A stretch of 62,301 nt of DNA, filler included, from Pirum gemmata (taxonomy: Eukaryota), in assembly GCA_002812295.1 (NCBI GenBank). It is 15 parts of 15 records of this genome, joined end to end, with 100 filler letters (N's around TTAATTAATTAA, not from the genome) between each part and the next. Parts side by side here need not be neighbours in the genome. Positions count along the whole stretch, not along the records: positions 32,767 to 37,805 come from PDIN01001647.1; positions 37,906 to 41,908 come from PDIN01001648.1; positions 42,009 to 45,931 come from PDIN01001649.1; positions 46,032 to 50,014 come from PDIN01001650.1; 11 more parts are not named here. The stretch is one strand, 5' to 3'. This document shows, one piece after another, positions 35,781-47,852 of this stretch. The notes beneath the pieces were generated by a model that did no database searches, was not told the origin of the DNA, and was given only the letters and a program-made list of their open reading frames with translations. Within the stretch, counting starts at the first letter, position 1, and the number at the start of each line of letters is the position of its first letter. Position numbers and translations under genes: made by a program.

Positions 35781-37953
35781 TTCTGGAACTCCCCCGCCAG
35801 AAGGGCCTGGCATCCCTGCAATGGCTGTGTTGTAAAAAATTACACATGTATGAGTCATAATATTATAATATGTCAACTATTCTATCATAACAAATAAACT
35901 AAATTATTATAAATAAACTAAATAATTATGATACTATTATGATGTTGATAATATTGTAATATTATATTTATATTTATATTAATAACAAGATGATAAAATA
36001 AATAAAATAAAATGGCCAATGCTGATGGCAATAGTTTGACTTGTATTCAAAAAGTATCTATTTACAAAAACACTGGAAGAAATTATATAGTTGGCATAAT
36101 TTTGATTTTTTACTCTTGTAATATATTTTTTTAAATAAATGTGAATCTACCTACATGTACACAAACCACAAAAAAAATAAAATAATTCATTTTTGTGCTT
36201 TTAGAAAGCTATTATCCCTATTTTTGCAATCATATAATTATAATAACATTATGATCTTCAACCATATATATAATTTTGCAATTATTATGTGATCTTCACG
36301 TGTTCATAAACAAAATAAAACAAAAAATATAAATATTCAGAAGTTTTTTTTAAAAAACTAGTGTTAATTAATTAAAAGCCACTAGTATTAAGCTACAAGT
36401 TCCAAAACCCACAAATGTTATTTATATCATAAATTAATAAATAATATCGAGAGACTACCCGTGTAGTACGACATTGTATCATGGGTCTTATTATTATATT
36501 GTAGATTTTGGTTTATTTTTATTTTATAAATATTTTAAAAAATAATAATATTTAATTAATTAATGTAAATAAATTTATTTATTTTTATTTATTAAAATAA
36601 TATTTAAAATTAAATTTATTTATTTTTATTTTTATTTTTTTAACTACCTAGCCGGGCAAAAATGAGCTCAAAATCCAAAAATTCTCAAAATAATCCAATT
36701 TTAATAAAAGTGCTACCAACATTTTTAAGAAGTTATTTAATTAATAAAACTCTATTATGAACCAATGGCTAGTTTTTAAAATTTATTTGGCTAATTATAA
36801 TTAAAGATTTTTGAAAAGAAGTCTAAAAAAAATTCTACAGTTTTATCCAGCTTGAACTCCAGCTTGGCTGTTAGACTAATTTTTTTTAAAAAAAAAGCTT
36901 TTTTTACGCCGAGGCTGGCTCCTTCTGCTCTAGCTAGACTAGCTAGGCTGAGCTAGCTTATTCTGTAGTCTCTAGCTAGCAAGTATGGGTGGGTGGTGGT
37001 TGCCAGTCGTAAACCGTCAGGGTAAACCAAGCGTCTAGCTAGCTAGCAATCGCCGTTTTTCATTTCTTACGTCATCAGATGCTCACTATGATATCATTTG
37101 GCTTATTGCGTCATTTTTGACGTCATCTAGAGCCAAACCCTATCGATACTTATACTTTTATAGCTACCTGCTATAATAATATTATGTATGATATGATAAT
37201 ATGATAATATTACTATCATAGCTACTACTAGCTAGTATATAGTATGACCGTTAGAGTGCTATCAGCTAGGACTAGCACCCCCTAGCTAGGACCCCGTAGT
37301 GACGGTGTCTAAGACTCTTTAGAAATATAAAAAAGTTGCGAGTCACCGGTGAGTCGGTGACTGTGACTGGCTCTGAGCTATGCCGCGTCCACACAATTGG
37401 TCTGTTTTGGTGTTATCTTCTAATGAAAATTCGAAATGTTATCCGAAGGCTATTCGAACACTTTATTATATTTTTAGGATTTTTGCCTTTTTTTTTGTAA
37501 AGTAAACACCATAAACAGCTATTAAATAATATAAACACCCCACACAGTCACAGCACAGTCACACCCCTCACACCCTAGCTAGCTATAACCAGTAGCAGCT
37601 TCATAGCTCTAGCTTCATAGAGTGTAAACAGTGTGTAAAGTTGTAACCTAGCTAGTACTAAACACCTTTTTGGATTAGCCTTTTTGGATAATAACTGAAG
37701 AGTCCTGCAGAGTCAGTGCAGAGTCTGCAGACCTAATGTAGGGTCTAGTAACTATCAGATAGCTAGTATCATATTTTCTGAGAGATCATAATATTATTAT
37801 TATTANNNNNNNNNNNNNNNNNNNNNNNNNNNNNNNNNNNNNNNNNNNNTTAATTAATTAANNNNNNNNNNNNNNNNNNNNNNNNNNNNNNNNNNNNNNN
37901 NNNNNTTATAGCTAGTCAGCCTTGTCATACGTACTGTATTATTGTGCTTTTAA

Positions 37954-38076
37954 TTTTTTTTTTTTAGTCTTTATTGAAGGTCTGGTTCTCTTTCTATTAA
38001 ATGGTACCACCTCTTGTTGGTCGTTCTTCAGGTGGCCATGATTAGCCTGTCTGAGATCGGTGACCTCGCCGTAGTG
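37954..38076 (-). mobile_element. 3' end of a polyA-tailed retroelement (LINE/SINE-like), 5'-truncated
   Basis: Minus strand ends AATAAAGACT(A)n; 37966-38057 is identical to 41817-41908. Confidence 0.65.
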
Positions 38077-38953
38077 AAAATAAAAAATAAAACAGAGGTT
38101 CGTGAATTTTGTATATGTTGAATTCATAAAATTACACACATTACGGTTGTTATTTCGTAATTTTTTTATCATTAGTCCCCGGTCTATAGTTATTTCCTAA
38201 AGAAAAGCCGGGGTGTTACATTTTGAAGCTAGATCTAGATAAAAAGGGAAGGAATCACTGTCATAATTTGAAAGAAGAGTAAATTTATATATAATAATAT
38301 TTGCATGTACTAAAACAAGGGGTGGAGTTCAGAAATTAAAGTATACAATATTAATATTAAATATTTTAAGTTTATCTATCACTCAAAAAAAAAACAGCAG
38401 TAATAAAATAAGACACGGCTTGGGAAAATGCGTTGATTCAGGCTAATTTATCATTGGCCATATCATACAATAATATGGCGGTCTTATACGAAAATAAACA
38501 AAATATACGTACCAAAAAACGTTTAAGCCAAGTTTTTTTTAAAAGACCTGAACTATGAGCCTTTTAAAAGACCTGAACTATTACTGAATACTCGGTATTG
38601 ATTTTCAATTTAGTAAATTAGAACTAGCGAAATATATTAATAGGCCGTCCACCTAAAATTTCAGACACTAAAAAAGCAAATGGGTGATTCTATTAAACAT
38701 TATAGTGAGTTATTCTCTCACAATCAAGCACTAAATCTACCAAAAGTTTCGGGTTTTATTTCTGCTCATCAGAATGGACAAAGTTCGTAAGAACATCTAT
38801 TCGCATGAATTAATACCAATTATTAGCATGCCATTTTAATCTATATAAATATTTTCAGCGGCCTATACGCAACGCACAGCTGTGTACTCGTAATTACTTT
38901 GCAATTATGGCAAAACTTATAGATACCGCTCGGTAATTTACATCTGCAAATGT

Positions 38954-39033
38954 CGGATTTCACAACTAGAAATTTCAGATTTCACACCTACAAAGTTCAG
39001 ATTTCACACCTACGAATTTCGGATTGCACACAG
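38954..39033. repeat. ~22-bp tandem repeat x4 (GATTTCACACCTAC...)
   Basis: Direct reading. Confidence 0.75.
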
Positions 39034-39437
39034 CACCTAATTTTTTTTTCATTATTACGTTTATTGTCCAACTTAGTGAAGAAGGGATGTACCTGTGATA
39101 AAGCTCTTATTTTTTTCTTACAAATAATTAACATTGCAAGAACTGGACACACACACACACACACATACACACAATATATATATCAAAGTATTATATTAAA
39201 TCAACCCTTGTTATCTTTTTCTTTAAATCACCAATAATATTCTTGAAAACTATAAAACGGATCCTTTCAGAAAGCTATTGAAAATTTACTTTCGTTCGTC
39301 TCAACTGTAATATAAGCAAAAGTAAAAAAAAGAGAACTCAATACAAACGCCAACAACTCGAATAGGATAAACAGTAATAAATAAAATCGAAAAAATTCAC
39401 TAGCAATATAAGCATCAAAATAAGAAAATACAACTGG

Positions 39438-39492
<55 letters not shown>

Positions 39493-39569
39493 TGGTAATT
39501 ATAAACTTTAAAAGTAATTAATAACTAATAATTAATAATTTTATTATAGAGTGATTTCATAAAATAATA

Positions 39570-40841
39570 ATGAAATTGTCCATTTTAAAATCCAACAAAG
39601 ATAGGAATAAAAAATTCCTTTTGTTGAGTGAAATAGTAGATAAAAATGATAAATTTTGGGCTTCCAAATTTTTAAGTCGACTGCTTGATTGTATTTTGTA
39701 TGAATTAAAGCTCTATTCAAGAGCACACCAACCAAAAAACAGCAAATTCTCTTCAAAATTCGATACATTTAGAAGGAAACGAAAGAGTTTGACTAACACG
39801 TTCGATACAGGTTTAGTTATTACAAATGACCATAATACGCATAATAACGTAAATAATAACAATACCAATACCAATAATAACAATAATTCTTTTAAAAAGA
39901 AAGAGGAAGATTCTATTAGCAACTATACTATGGCAGATAACAATGATGATGATGAAAATGAAGACATTAGTCCTATATCAGGTGAACATTATAGTGGAAT
40001 AGTAATTTTAAAGTTTTTATTGGAATTTTTAGTTTGTGAAGGTATTAAACAACCTAACCCAGAGCAAGGTCGTCTACTAGCAGAAATTTTGATTAATGAC
40101 CATGGATTTTTGAGAAAGCCTAATAATAACAATAATAGCAATAATAGTAATAGTAATAATAGTAATAATAATAACAGTGGTAGTAATAATAGTAATGGCT
40201 GTAATGATAATACTTTTAAAGGAGATAAAAGAAAAGAAATGTACAAACTAGATAGAAGTAAAATACTAGACTTTTTGGGTTATACTACTATTGTCAAAGG
40301 CAACCATATTAAAACTAGACAATATAGTATTTATAAAGTTAATAACAATAATATCACTAGCTTAAAAAAGACCCATCATTTCGGTAGCGAGAAAAGTTTA
40401 TCAAGTTACGATAATATTATGTCAAGTAGTTGTAGTAGTTTATGCAGGGATCTTATGATTACAGAGACAAGAAATAGAACTTGTAGTGAAAATATCGACA
40501 AACTAAAATTGTCGTCAATGAAAATAGAATCCCTACACAATACTACTAAGGAATCTTTTTCTATGGACGACCTAATAAGAACTTCATCGAGAAGTAGTAT
40601 AGTTAAACAAAGGAAGCGGAGGTCTATACATAGCAATGGTAATGATAATACATCGATTTCAAGCAAACGCAGATGCTCATCCGATATTGGGGTTGTCAGT
40701 CATATTTTCGATATCAAAAGTGGAAGCTCACCTAATCATTCAACAAGTAGTAACACTGACAATGATATCGATATTGCTAGCTCTAGTAGTGCTTGTAGTG
40801 TTGTAAAAGTTAAAAATGAAAATTTTAATTCTAAAATTGAA

Positions 40842-40882
<41 letters not shown>

Positions 40883-41066
40883 AACCTCAACAATTACTCG
40901 AGAAAGTAGTTCATTAGTAAGAAGGAATGGTCATGTTCGCACTCGCTCCCAACAACTAAAATTGAGAGGGAATTACAGTTACCTGGTAAAGAAGTCACTC
41001 ATTGGTGAAGGAGAAGAAAATTCCAACTTTAACGTTAACACAAATAGTAATATTATTACCTGCTAA
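39570..41066 (+). CDS. Intronless 498-aa protein with divergent N-terminal DEP domain (DEPDC1/7-like) and low-complexity Ser/Asn tail
   Basis: KFWASKFLSRLLDCI, RRKRKSLTNTF, HYSGIVILKFLLEFL, PEQGRLLAEILINDHGFLR and TFKGDKRKEMYKL follow the order of DEP-domain elements, split by Asn-rich inserts. The ORF is secure; the domain call is moderate. Confidence 0.65.
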
Positions 41067-41430
41067 AAATTAAATAATAAAACGATTTAAGAAATTTTAT
41101 TTTTAAAGGATAACATAAAATTTAATTACTTTTTTAATTTAATTAAAGTATTTATTTTCTTAGTAAACATTAGACATAGGTTTTAATGCAATGTCACTAA
41201 TTACAAGTTGTCTCTACAAACCATAGTAGCATCGTACTAGAGCGTAACAGTACTTGTAACAGTACAGTTATCAATTATTTTTAAAACTATTAATATTTTA
41301 AGTAATGTTATTGTAATTGTTTAAAATTAATAAAGTTCTTTTATATAACCATAAAATGTTTTTTCTAAAGTTTTTTTTTTTGGTTATTATCAACAGGTCC
41401 TCTTGTTATTATTTAATATGATATAATCAT

Positions 41431-41540
41431 GACGTTAATAATATGAGTATTTACATTCTTAAATAGTCTCTCATAGTCTTATTTTGCACTATAATATACT
41501 CATGTATTAAGAATGTAAATACTCATATTAATTTAACGTC
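41431..41540. mobile_element. 110-bp foldback/MITE-like element
   Basis: ~32-bp near-perfect arms GACGTTAA-TAATATGAGTATTTACATTCTTAA and its reverse complement. Confidence 0.65.
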
Positions 41541-41744
41541 TATATAAATAATAAATAATATTTAAATTAAATGTGTCTATGAATAGATTATAAAATATAA
41601 AAATGGCTAGTAACAGGGTAACTATACTCGTCAATTAATAAGCTTCTCCTTAGTAGCCGATACTACAGTGTGATAGCAAGTTTAGCAACTGCTCTAGGTC
41701 TACCTTGCATCATTATAGACTATAGACTATGGTAAATGTTGTAG

Positions 41745-41764
41745 ATTTTTTATTTTTTTTTTTT

Positions 41765-41807
<43 letters not shown>

Positions 41808-41908
41808 TTTTTTTTTAGTCTTTATTGAAGGTCTGGTTCTCTTTCTATTAAATGGTACCACCTCTTGTTGGTCGTTCTTCAGGTGGCCATGATTAGCCTG
41901 TCTGAGAT
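41745..41908 (-). mobile_element. Second copy of the polyA-tailed retroelement 3' end (cut by contig end)
   Basis: Long polyT followed by 92 nt identical to 37966-38057. Confidence 0.65.
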
Positions 41909-42010
41909 NNNNNNNNNNNNNNNNNNNNNNNNNNNNNNNNNNNNNNNNNNNNTTAATTAATTAANNNNNNNNNNNNNNNNNNNNNNNNNNNNNNNNNNNN
42001 NNNNNNNNAC

Positions 42011-42826
42011 AGAAAAAGTTTCGGTAAAAGAGCTAGCTTTAGCAAAAGAAACAGCTTTAATCAAGAATCACCGCCACTAGTAGCTCAAATATTTTCAGCA
42101 CCATCAACTTTAGCACCCCCAATACCAATACAACAAGAATCTTCAAAAAAACAGAACAGAAAAAGTTTCGGTAAAAGAGCTAGCTTTAGCAAAAGAAACA
42201 GCTTTACCAAAACCCTAACACGAGCAGTATCGTTCAAAAACAACAAACGCCTTTCTGTATCCTCTAGCCAAAGAAATCGATCGCGTGCTGTATCCCTTTC
42301 TACATCTAATAGTAACGTGAACCAACCCGCCCCTACCCCTCGACCACGAACTCGAACAGTTTCCTTTGTTAAAAATTACAAAGATGTAGTTGTTACTGTT
42401 AGTGATGATGATTTTCGTAAGTCTTACAATAAGCAAGACAAACAAGTTAATTTTAATGAAACTGTTTCTTCCCAGGCCGCTGTTCCTTACGATCGTACTT
42501 TTAACGCTCAGAAGAGGTCTCCTTCAGAGGTTTTATCTATAACTACGGAATTGAATAAGTTTAAACAATATGAAATGTACGTACATCGCGATAGTGAAAA
42601 ATATAATAATTATCATGCTAACGACGAACGCCGAAAAACTTATTTACAAAGAAAAGTAAAATTTTTAAAAATTCAAGTTTTATTTCAAGAAATGGAAGAG
42701 CAAGTACAATATTATACTGAAAAAAAACAGTTTGACGAATACTACAAATTTAAAGCAGTGGTTGAAAATATAGAAACCGATTTTAAAAACCAATTTCAGG
42801 AATTCTTTTTGGAGAGGATCGAGTAA
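42011..42826 (+). CDS. Phactr/Bni4-type PP1-binding protein, 5'-partial
   Basis: Frame is open from the contig start. KQVNFNETV....YDR....ITTELNKFKQYEMYVHRDS..Y matches the Phactr/Bni4 C-terminal PP1-binding domain (RVxF, YDR, ELNxFKxxEMxVH). Confidence 0.8.
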   Translation, partial: RKSFGKRASFSKRNSFNQESPPLVAQIFSAPSTLAPPIPIQQESSKKQNRKSFGKRASFSKRNSFTKTLTRAVSFKNNKRLSVSSSQRNRSRAVSLSTSNSNVNQPAPTPRPRTRTVSFVKNYKDVVVTVSDDDFRKSYNKQDKQVNFNETVSSQAAVPYDRTFNAQKRSPSEVLSITTELNKFKQYEMYVHRDSEKYNNYHANDERRKTYLQRKVKFLKIQVLFQEMEEQVQYYTEKKQFDEYYKFKAVVENIETDFKNQFQEFFLERIE

Positions 42827-42904
42827 TTAATATTATTACTAAATAAAATAAAAACAAAATAAAGAGAAATTTAAGTTTTATTAATTTTATTATTAATATT
42901 ATTA

Positions 42905-44919
42905 TTATAACGACATTACACAAATTTGATAAAAAAGAGAAGCACTATTATTATTATTAGAATTTCTGCCATACGTTAAAAAAAAAGAGGTCCGAGCTGA
43001 AAAAGCATCTGTCCGAGTCACTGGATTGTCCAAACTATAATCCAGTGACTTGGGTATACTGAAAAGTAGCCCGGACACTATTGTTATTATTATTATGATT
43101 ATTATCATCATCGATATCATCATCATTATTATTTGTATTATCATTATTATTATAAATATTCTTTTTAGAACTTCTGACATTACGTCAAGACATTTTAAAA
43201 AAGAAAAATTCATAAATGTTATTAATTACTATTATTATTATAAATATTTTTTTTTTTAGAACTTCTGACATTACGTCAAGAAATTTTAAAAAAGAAAAAT
43301 TCATAAAATTTAATGTTATTAATTTTTATTATTTGTATTATTATTGTTGTTGTCATCATCATTATTATTTGTATTATAATTATTATTTGTATTATAATTA
43401 TTATTGTTTTCATTATTATTAAATTTTGTATTATTATTATTATTATTATTTGTATTATCATTTGTATTATAAATATTCTTTTTAGAACTTCTGACAGTAC
43501 GTCAAGACATTTTAAAAAAGAAAAATTCATAAATGTTATTAATTACTATTATTATTATGGATATTTTTTTTTTTTAGAACTTCTGACATTACGTCAAGAA
43601 ATTTTTTTAAAAAAAAAATTCATAAATGTTATTAATTTTTATTATTTGTATTATCATTATTATTATTTGTATTATTATTATTATTGTCATCATCATTATT
43701 TGTATTGTAATTATTATTATTGTTTTCATTACTAGTGGTAGTGCATAATTGGATGGATTTTATAGCTGGAAGGATTGAAGATATTATATCCAAGTTTCCT
43801 TCTCGTTTTGTTCTTATTCCGATTCCCGTGTTTGTCGATGAATTACAATGTAAACATATTAAAACCTGAAATTTAATTAGTATAAAATTTAATATATAAT
43901 TATTATGAAAATAAAATAACACTGATTGGCGATAATGACAAATTAGAATGAACCTGAAATTCGATTAGCATAGATATAAAATTATTATGAAAATGAGAAT
44001 GATACTATAATGAATTTAATATTTAATAAAAGTAATACCGGTTCATTTGCTATTTTATGTAAATTTTCATTATCGGAGTCAATGTTTGTTGGAAATGCAC
44101 AAATGCAATCTCTACAGACAGTTTCCTGAATTATACATGTTAGGGTTTATTATTATTATTATTATTATTGGAACCAGATGTTGGAACTGTTACGATTATT
44201 TTCATTATTATTGCACTATTGCTATTATATGGCTCTTATTCTTCATATTACTGCTACTGTTAATGTTTAATATTACTATTACTATTACTATATATTTTGA
44301 AAATTTTAATTATAATTATAACTTACCTTACAGCACTGCATTACGAGTAATTCTGATTGTAATTCTTCTGCATTTTTAGAACAAATTATACATGTGAGGC
44401 TACAATACAAGTTCTGGCTCTAAACAATAATAATAAAGAAATTAGAAAATTCACACTCTTGTTATTATTATTATTATTAAAATGTTATTATTTATTATCT
44501 ATTAATTTCATCTATTATTTATTATTTATTTATTTTATCTATTATTTATTATTTATTTATTTTATCTATTATTTATTTATTTTATCTATTATTTATTTAT
44601 TTTATTTTATTTATTTTATTTATTTTATTCTATTATTATTTATCCATTTATTTATTTTATTTTATTTATTAGTCATTAATTATTTATCATTACCATTTAT
44701 TATTATAGAAAAATATTATATAGATTGTTACTGGTATTACCAATTTGTCCAATGGCTTTGTATACTGAAAAAGTAGTTTTTTTTTCTTTTTTTTTAACCT
44801 TTTCAAATGGTTATTTTCGGTTCCCAATTTTTGCTTTTTTTTATAACATTATATATAGTATAAGATTTAGTTAGTAAATGTAAATGTTCCAAACTTGTAA
44901 CTACTACTGGAAAAAGTGA

Positions 44920-44952
<33 letters not shown>

Positions 44953-45350
44953 TAAAGCTAAATAAAAATTACCTCGCCCATTTGATATAAGGTGTGTAAG
45001 CGTTCCAAACGGTCCATTGTGGCTCGTCTTATGTGAGTGTTTTGTGTGGCTTCGCTTAGGGCAGCATAGAAAATTCTGTTCTGGAGGTCGTTTTCTTGTT
45101 CGTTTTCTTGTTCGTTTTCTTGTTCGTTTTCTTGTTCTAGTGGGTGAGTAATACCACCAAGATAGGAAAAACATTTTTCTGAAAAAGATTTGAAAACCGA
45201 AGCAAGAGATCTCCGATTCTCCTTTTGATCTTTCTTAATTACAGATGCCCCTGTACTTCTGTGTCTGGGCCTGCTGTGTGTAGACCCCCGTCTAGCATCA
45301 ACAAATCTAAGTCTTGAAGTGTTTTCTCTCATACTAATATTAGAATACAT
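42905..45350 (-). CDS. Spliced RING-finger-like protein (~295 aa)
   Basis: Exons 45350-44973, 44764-44741, 44419-44327, 44125-44039, 43865-43733 and 43077-42905 join through phase-consistent GT-AG introns. They give CIIC...QCCKETVCRDC...ICLHC. The last exon is least certain. Confidence 0.7.
43155..43640. repeat. Four copies of a ~65-bp unit (TTTTTAGAACTTCTGACATTACGTCAAGA...) in a dimeric higher-order repeat
   Basis: Units at ~43161, 43253, 43478 and 43571 separated by ATT microsatellite; lies in the predicted last intron of the RING gene. Confidence 0.85.
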
Positions 45351-45370
45351 TTCAAAAAATTAGACGTTAA

Positions 45371-45413
<43 letters not shown>

Positions 45414-45445
45414 GGAAAAACAAAAAGAGAGTGGACGGTGAAGAT

Positions 45446-45541
45446 TTAGGGTTAGGGTTAAGTTAGGGTGTTAGGGTGTTAGGGTGTTAGGGTGTTAATA
45501 AGGGTTAAGGGGTTAGAGGTTAGAGGTTAGAGGTTAGGGTG
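45446..45541. repeat. Degenerate (TTAGGG)n upstream of the RING gene
   Basis: Direct reading. Confidence 0.8.
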
Positions 45542-46208
45542 AGTGGGATAATAACTTGTGGTAATTGTCCAAATAAACTTTGAACTGTTCACTCTGGCCG
45601 TTTTGGTTTGTTTGGGATGCACTGTTTTCGGAATTCATTTTTTCCATTTTCAATATTATATTTAGTATTATATTTAATGTATAGTATTGAAAATAGAAAA
45701 ATGAAAATAAATTATTATTAATATTAATGATTAATGATTAATTATTATTATTATTATTATTATTATATTAATTATTATTATTATTATTATTAGTTGAATG
45801 GAGATATTTTATTGTAATCTATTGCTTAAACGTTTATTATTATTTTTATTTTATTAATATTCTTATTAATTAATATTTTTATTTTATTTTTTGATACTAT
45901 AAAAATAACAACAACAACAACAACAACAATANNNNNNNNNNNNNNNNNNNNNNNNNNNNNNNNNNNNNNNNNNNNTTAATTAATTAANNNNNNNNNNNNN
46001 NNNNNNNNNNNNNNNNNNNNNNNNNNNNNNNTATTATTATTATTATTATTATTATTTAGTATACTTATAATTAATGTTTACTTAAATTTTTATTATAATA
46101 TAGTACAACTATTAATATCAATTTCTTTAAAAAGAATTAAAATTAATTAATTAAAACTAAGAAAAAAAAATTCACAAAAAATAAAATAAAGAAACAAATA
46201 AAAAGAAT

Positions 46209-47246
46209 ATGATTGCTTTATCAGAAATATACACACAAAATGACGATGGGGTAAGTAAGAAAACTGGTGTTCAGCCTTTTGGTTTAAAACAATTAGAAAA
46301 TAACCATATTACCGAAGACTCGATTCTATCTTGTCCATATCTTGCTAATAAAAGGTACATCAAACATATAATCATAACCATAACCATATATAACTATAAC
46401 CATAATCATAATTTAACCATAACCATAATCGATAACCATAACCATATCATAACCATAACCATAACCATAACCATAACCATAACCATAACCATAACCATAA
46501 CCATAACCATAACCATAACCATAACCATAACCATAACCATAACCATAACCATAACCNNNNNNNNNNNNNNNNNNNNNNNNNNNNNNNNNNNNNNNNNNNN
46601 NNNNNNNNNNNNNNNNNNNNNNNNNNNNNNNNNNNNNNNNNNNNNNNNNNNNNNNNNNNNNNNNNNNNNNNNNNNNNNNNNNNNNNNNNNNNCATAACCA
46701 TAACCATAACCATAACCATAACCATAACCATAACCATAACCATAACCATAAATATAACCATAACCATAACCATAACCATAAATATAATCATAAACCATAA
46801 ACCATAAACCATAAACCATAAACCATAAACCATAGACCATAGACCATAGACCATGAACCATTAACCATTAACCATAATCATAATCATAACCATAACCATA
46901 ACACTTAACCCTATTATTCTATTATACCAGAGCCCCAACTAGATATGGTCAAGGTTGTGAAAATAATGTTTGTCATACCGCCACAATGGATAAAACAACG
47001 GGGCCATTGTCAGCTTTGCAAAATGATCAAGAACTTAAAGGGCCAGATAAAGAAACTGTATTGAGAGAAGCAGAGGAGTATTTAGAGTTATATTATAACG
47101 AAAATAACATTGTTGAAAAGTTTGCAGAACGCTGGAACAAAGTGCAACAAGAAATTTACAATTCGGGGACGTATGTACAAACTATTGAAGAAATTACCTA
47201 CGGGTGTAAAGTCGCTTGGAGAAATTCAAATCGTTGCATTAACAGA
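46209..47246 (+). CDS. NOS: Nitric oxide synthase, first two exons (oxygenase N-terminus); remainder absent from contig
   Basis: Exons 46209-46354 and 46931-47246 join in phase. They encode the Zn motif CENNVC (Cx4C), KETVLREAEEYLELYY, QEIYNSGTYVQTIEEITYGCKVAWRNSNRCINR (heme-thiolate motif), followed by a GTAAGT donor. Confidence 0.9.
46366..46902. repeat. (ACCATA)n microsatellite filling NOS intron 1
   Basis: Direct reading; contains an N gap. Confidence 0.95.
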
Positions 47247-47383
47247 GTAAGTATTGATAGTATTAATTTGGTTAGAATTTTTTTTCGAATTCTCGTTTAT
47301 CGATCATTATTTTTATTTTATTTTTTAATATTATTGTAGTATTATTATATATTATATTCTTTTTTTCGTTATCATTATTATTA

Positions 47384-47423
<40 letters not shown>

Positions 47424-47852
47424 TATTATTAATATTATTATAATTATATTATCATAAATTTTCTCCATCACCACTGCCGGGAGACCTGGGCGGGAGACAG
47501 GTGTCTACATAGTAATAGACTATCATATGATATTTTACACCCAAAGTAAATTATTATTATTATTATATTATTATCATTTTTATTATAGTTATGATAATTA
47601 TATTTTTTTATCTCCATGTAATAACACTATTTTTGTTATTGTTATCATTGTTATTATTCTATACAGGGTGTCCCTAAACCTCAGTATTGTCAGCCCAGTC
47701 CCATTTATTTGCTTTTATTATTATTATTACATATTAATTATTATTATTTTATTATACATTTACAGTATTAATCAAAAAATTCTTTTCTTATTTTTATTAT
47801 ACAGTTTTATTATTTTATTTAAAATTTATTAATCCAAAATATTTTAATTATT

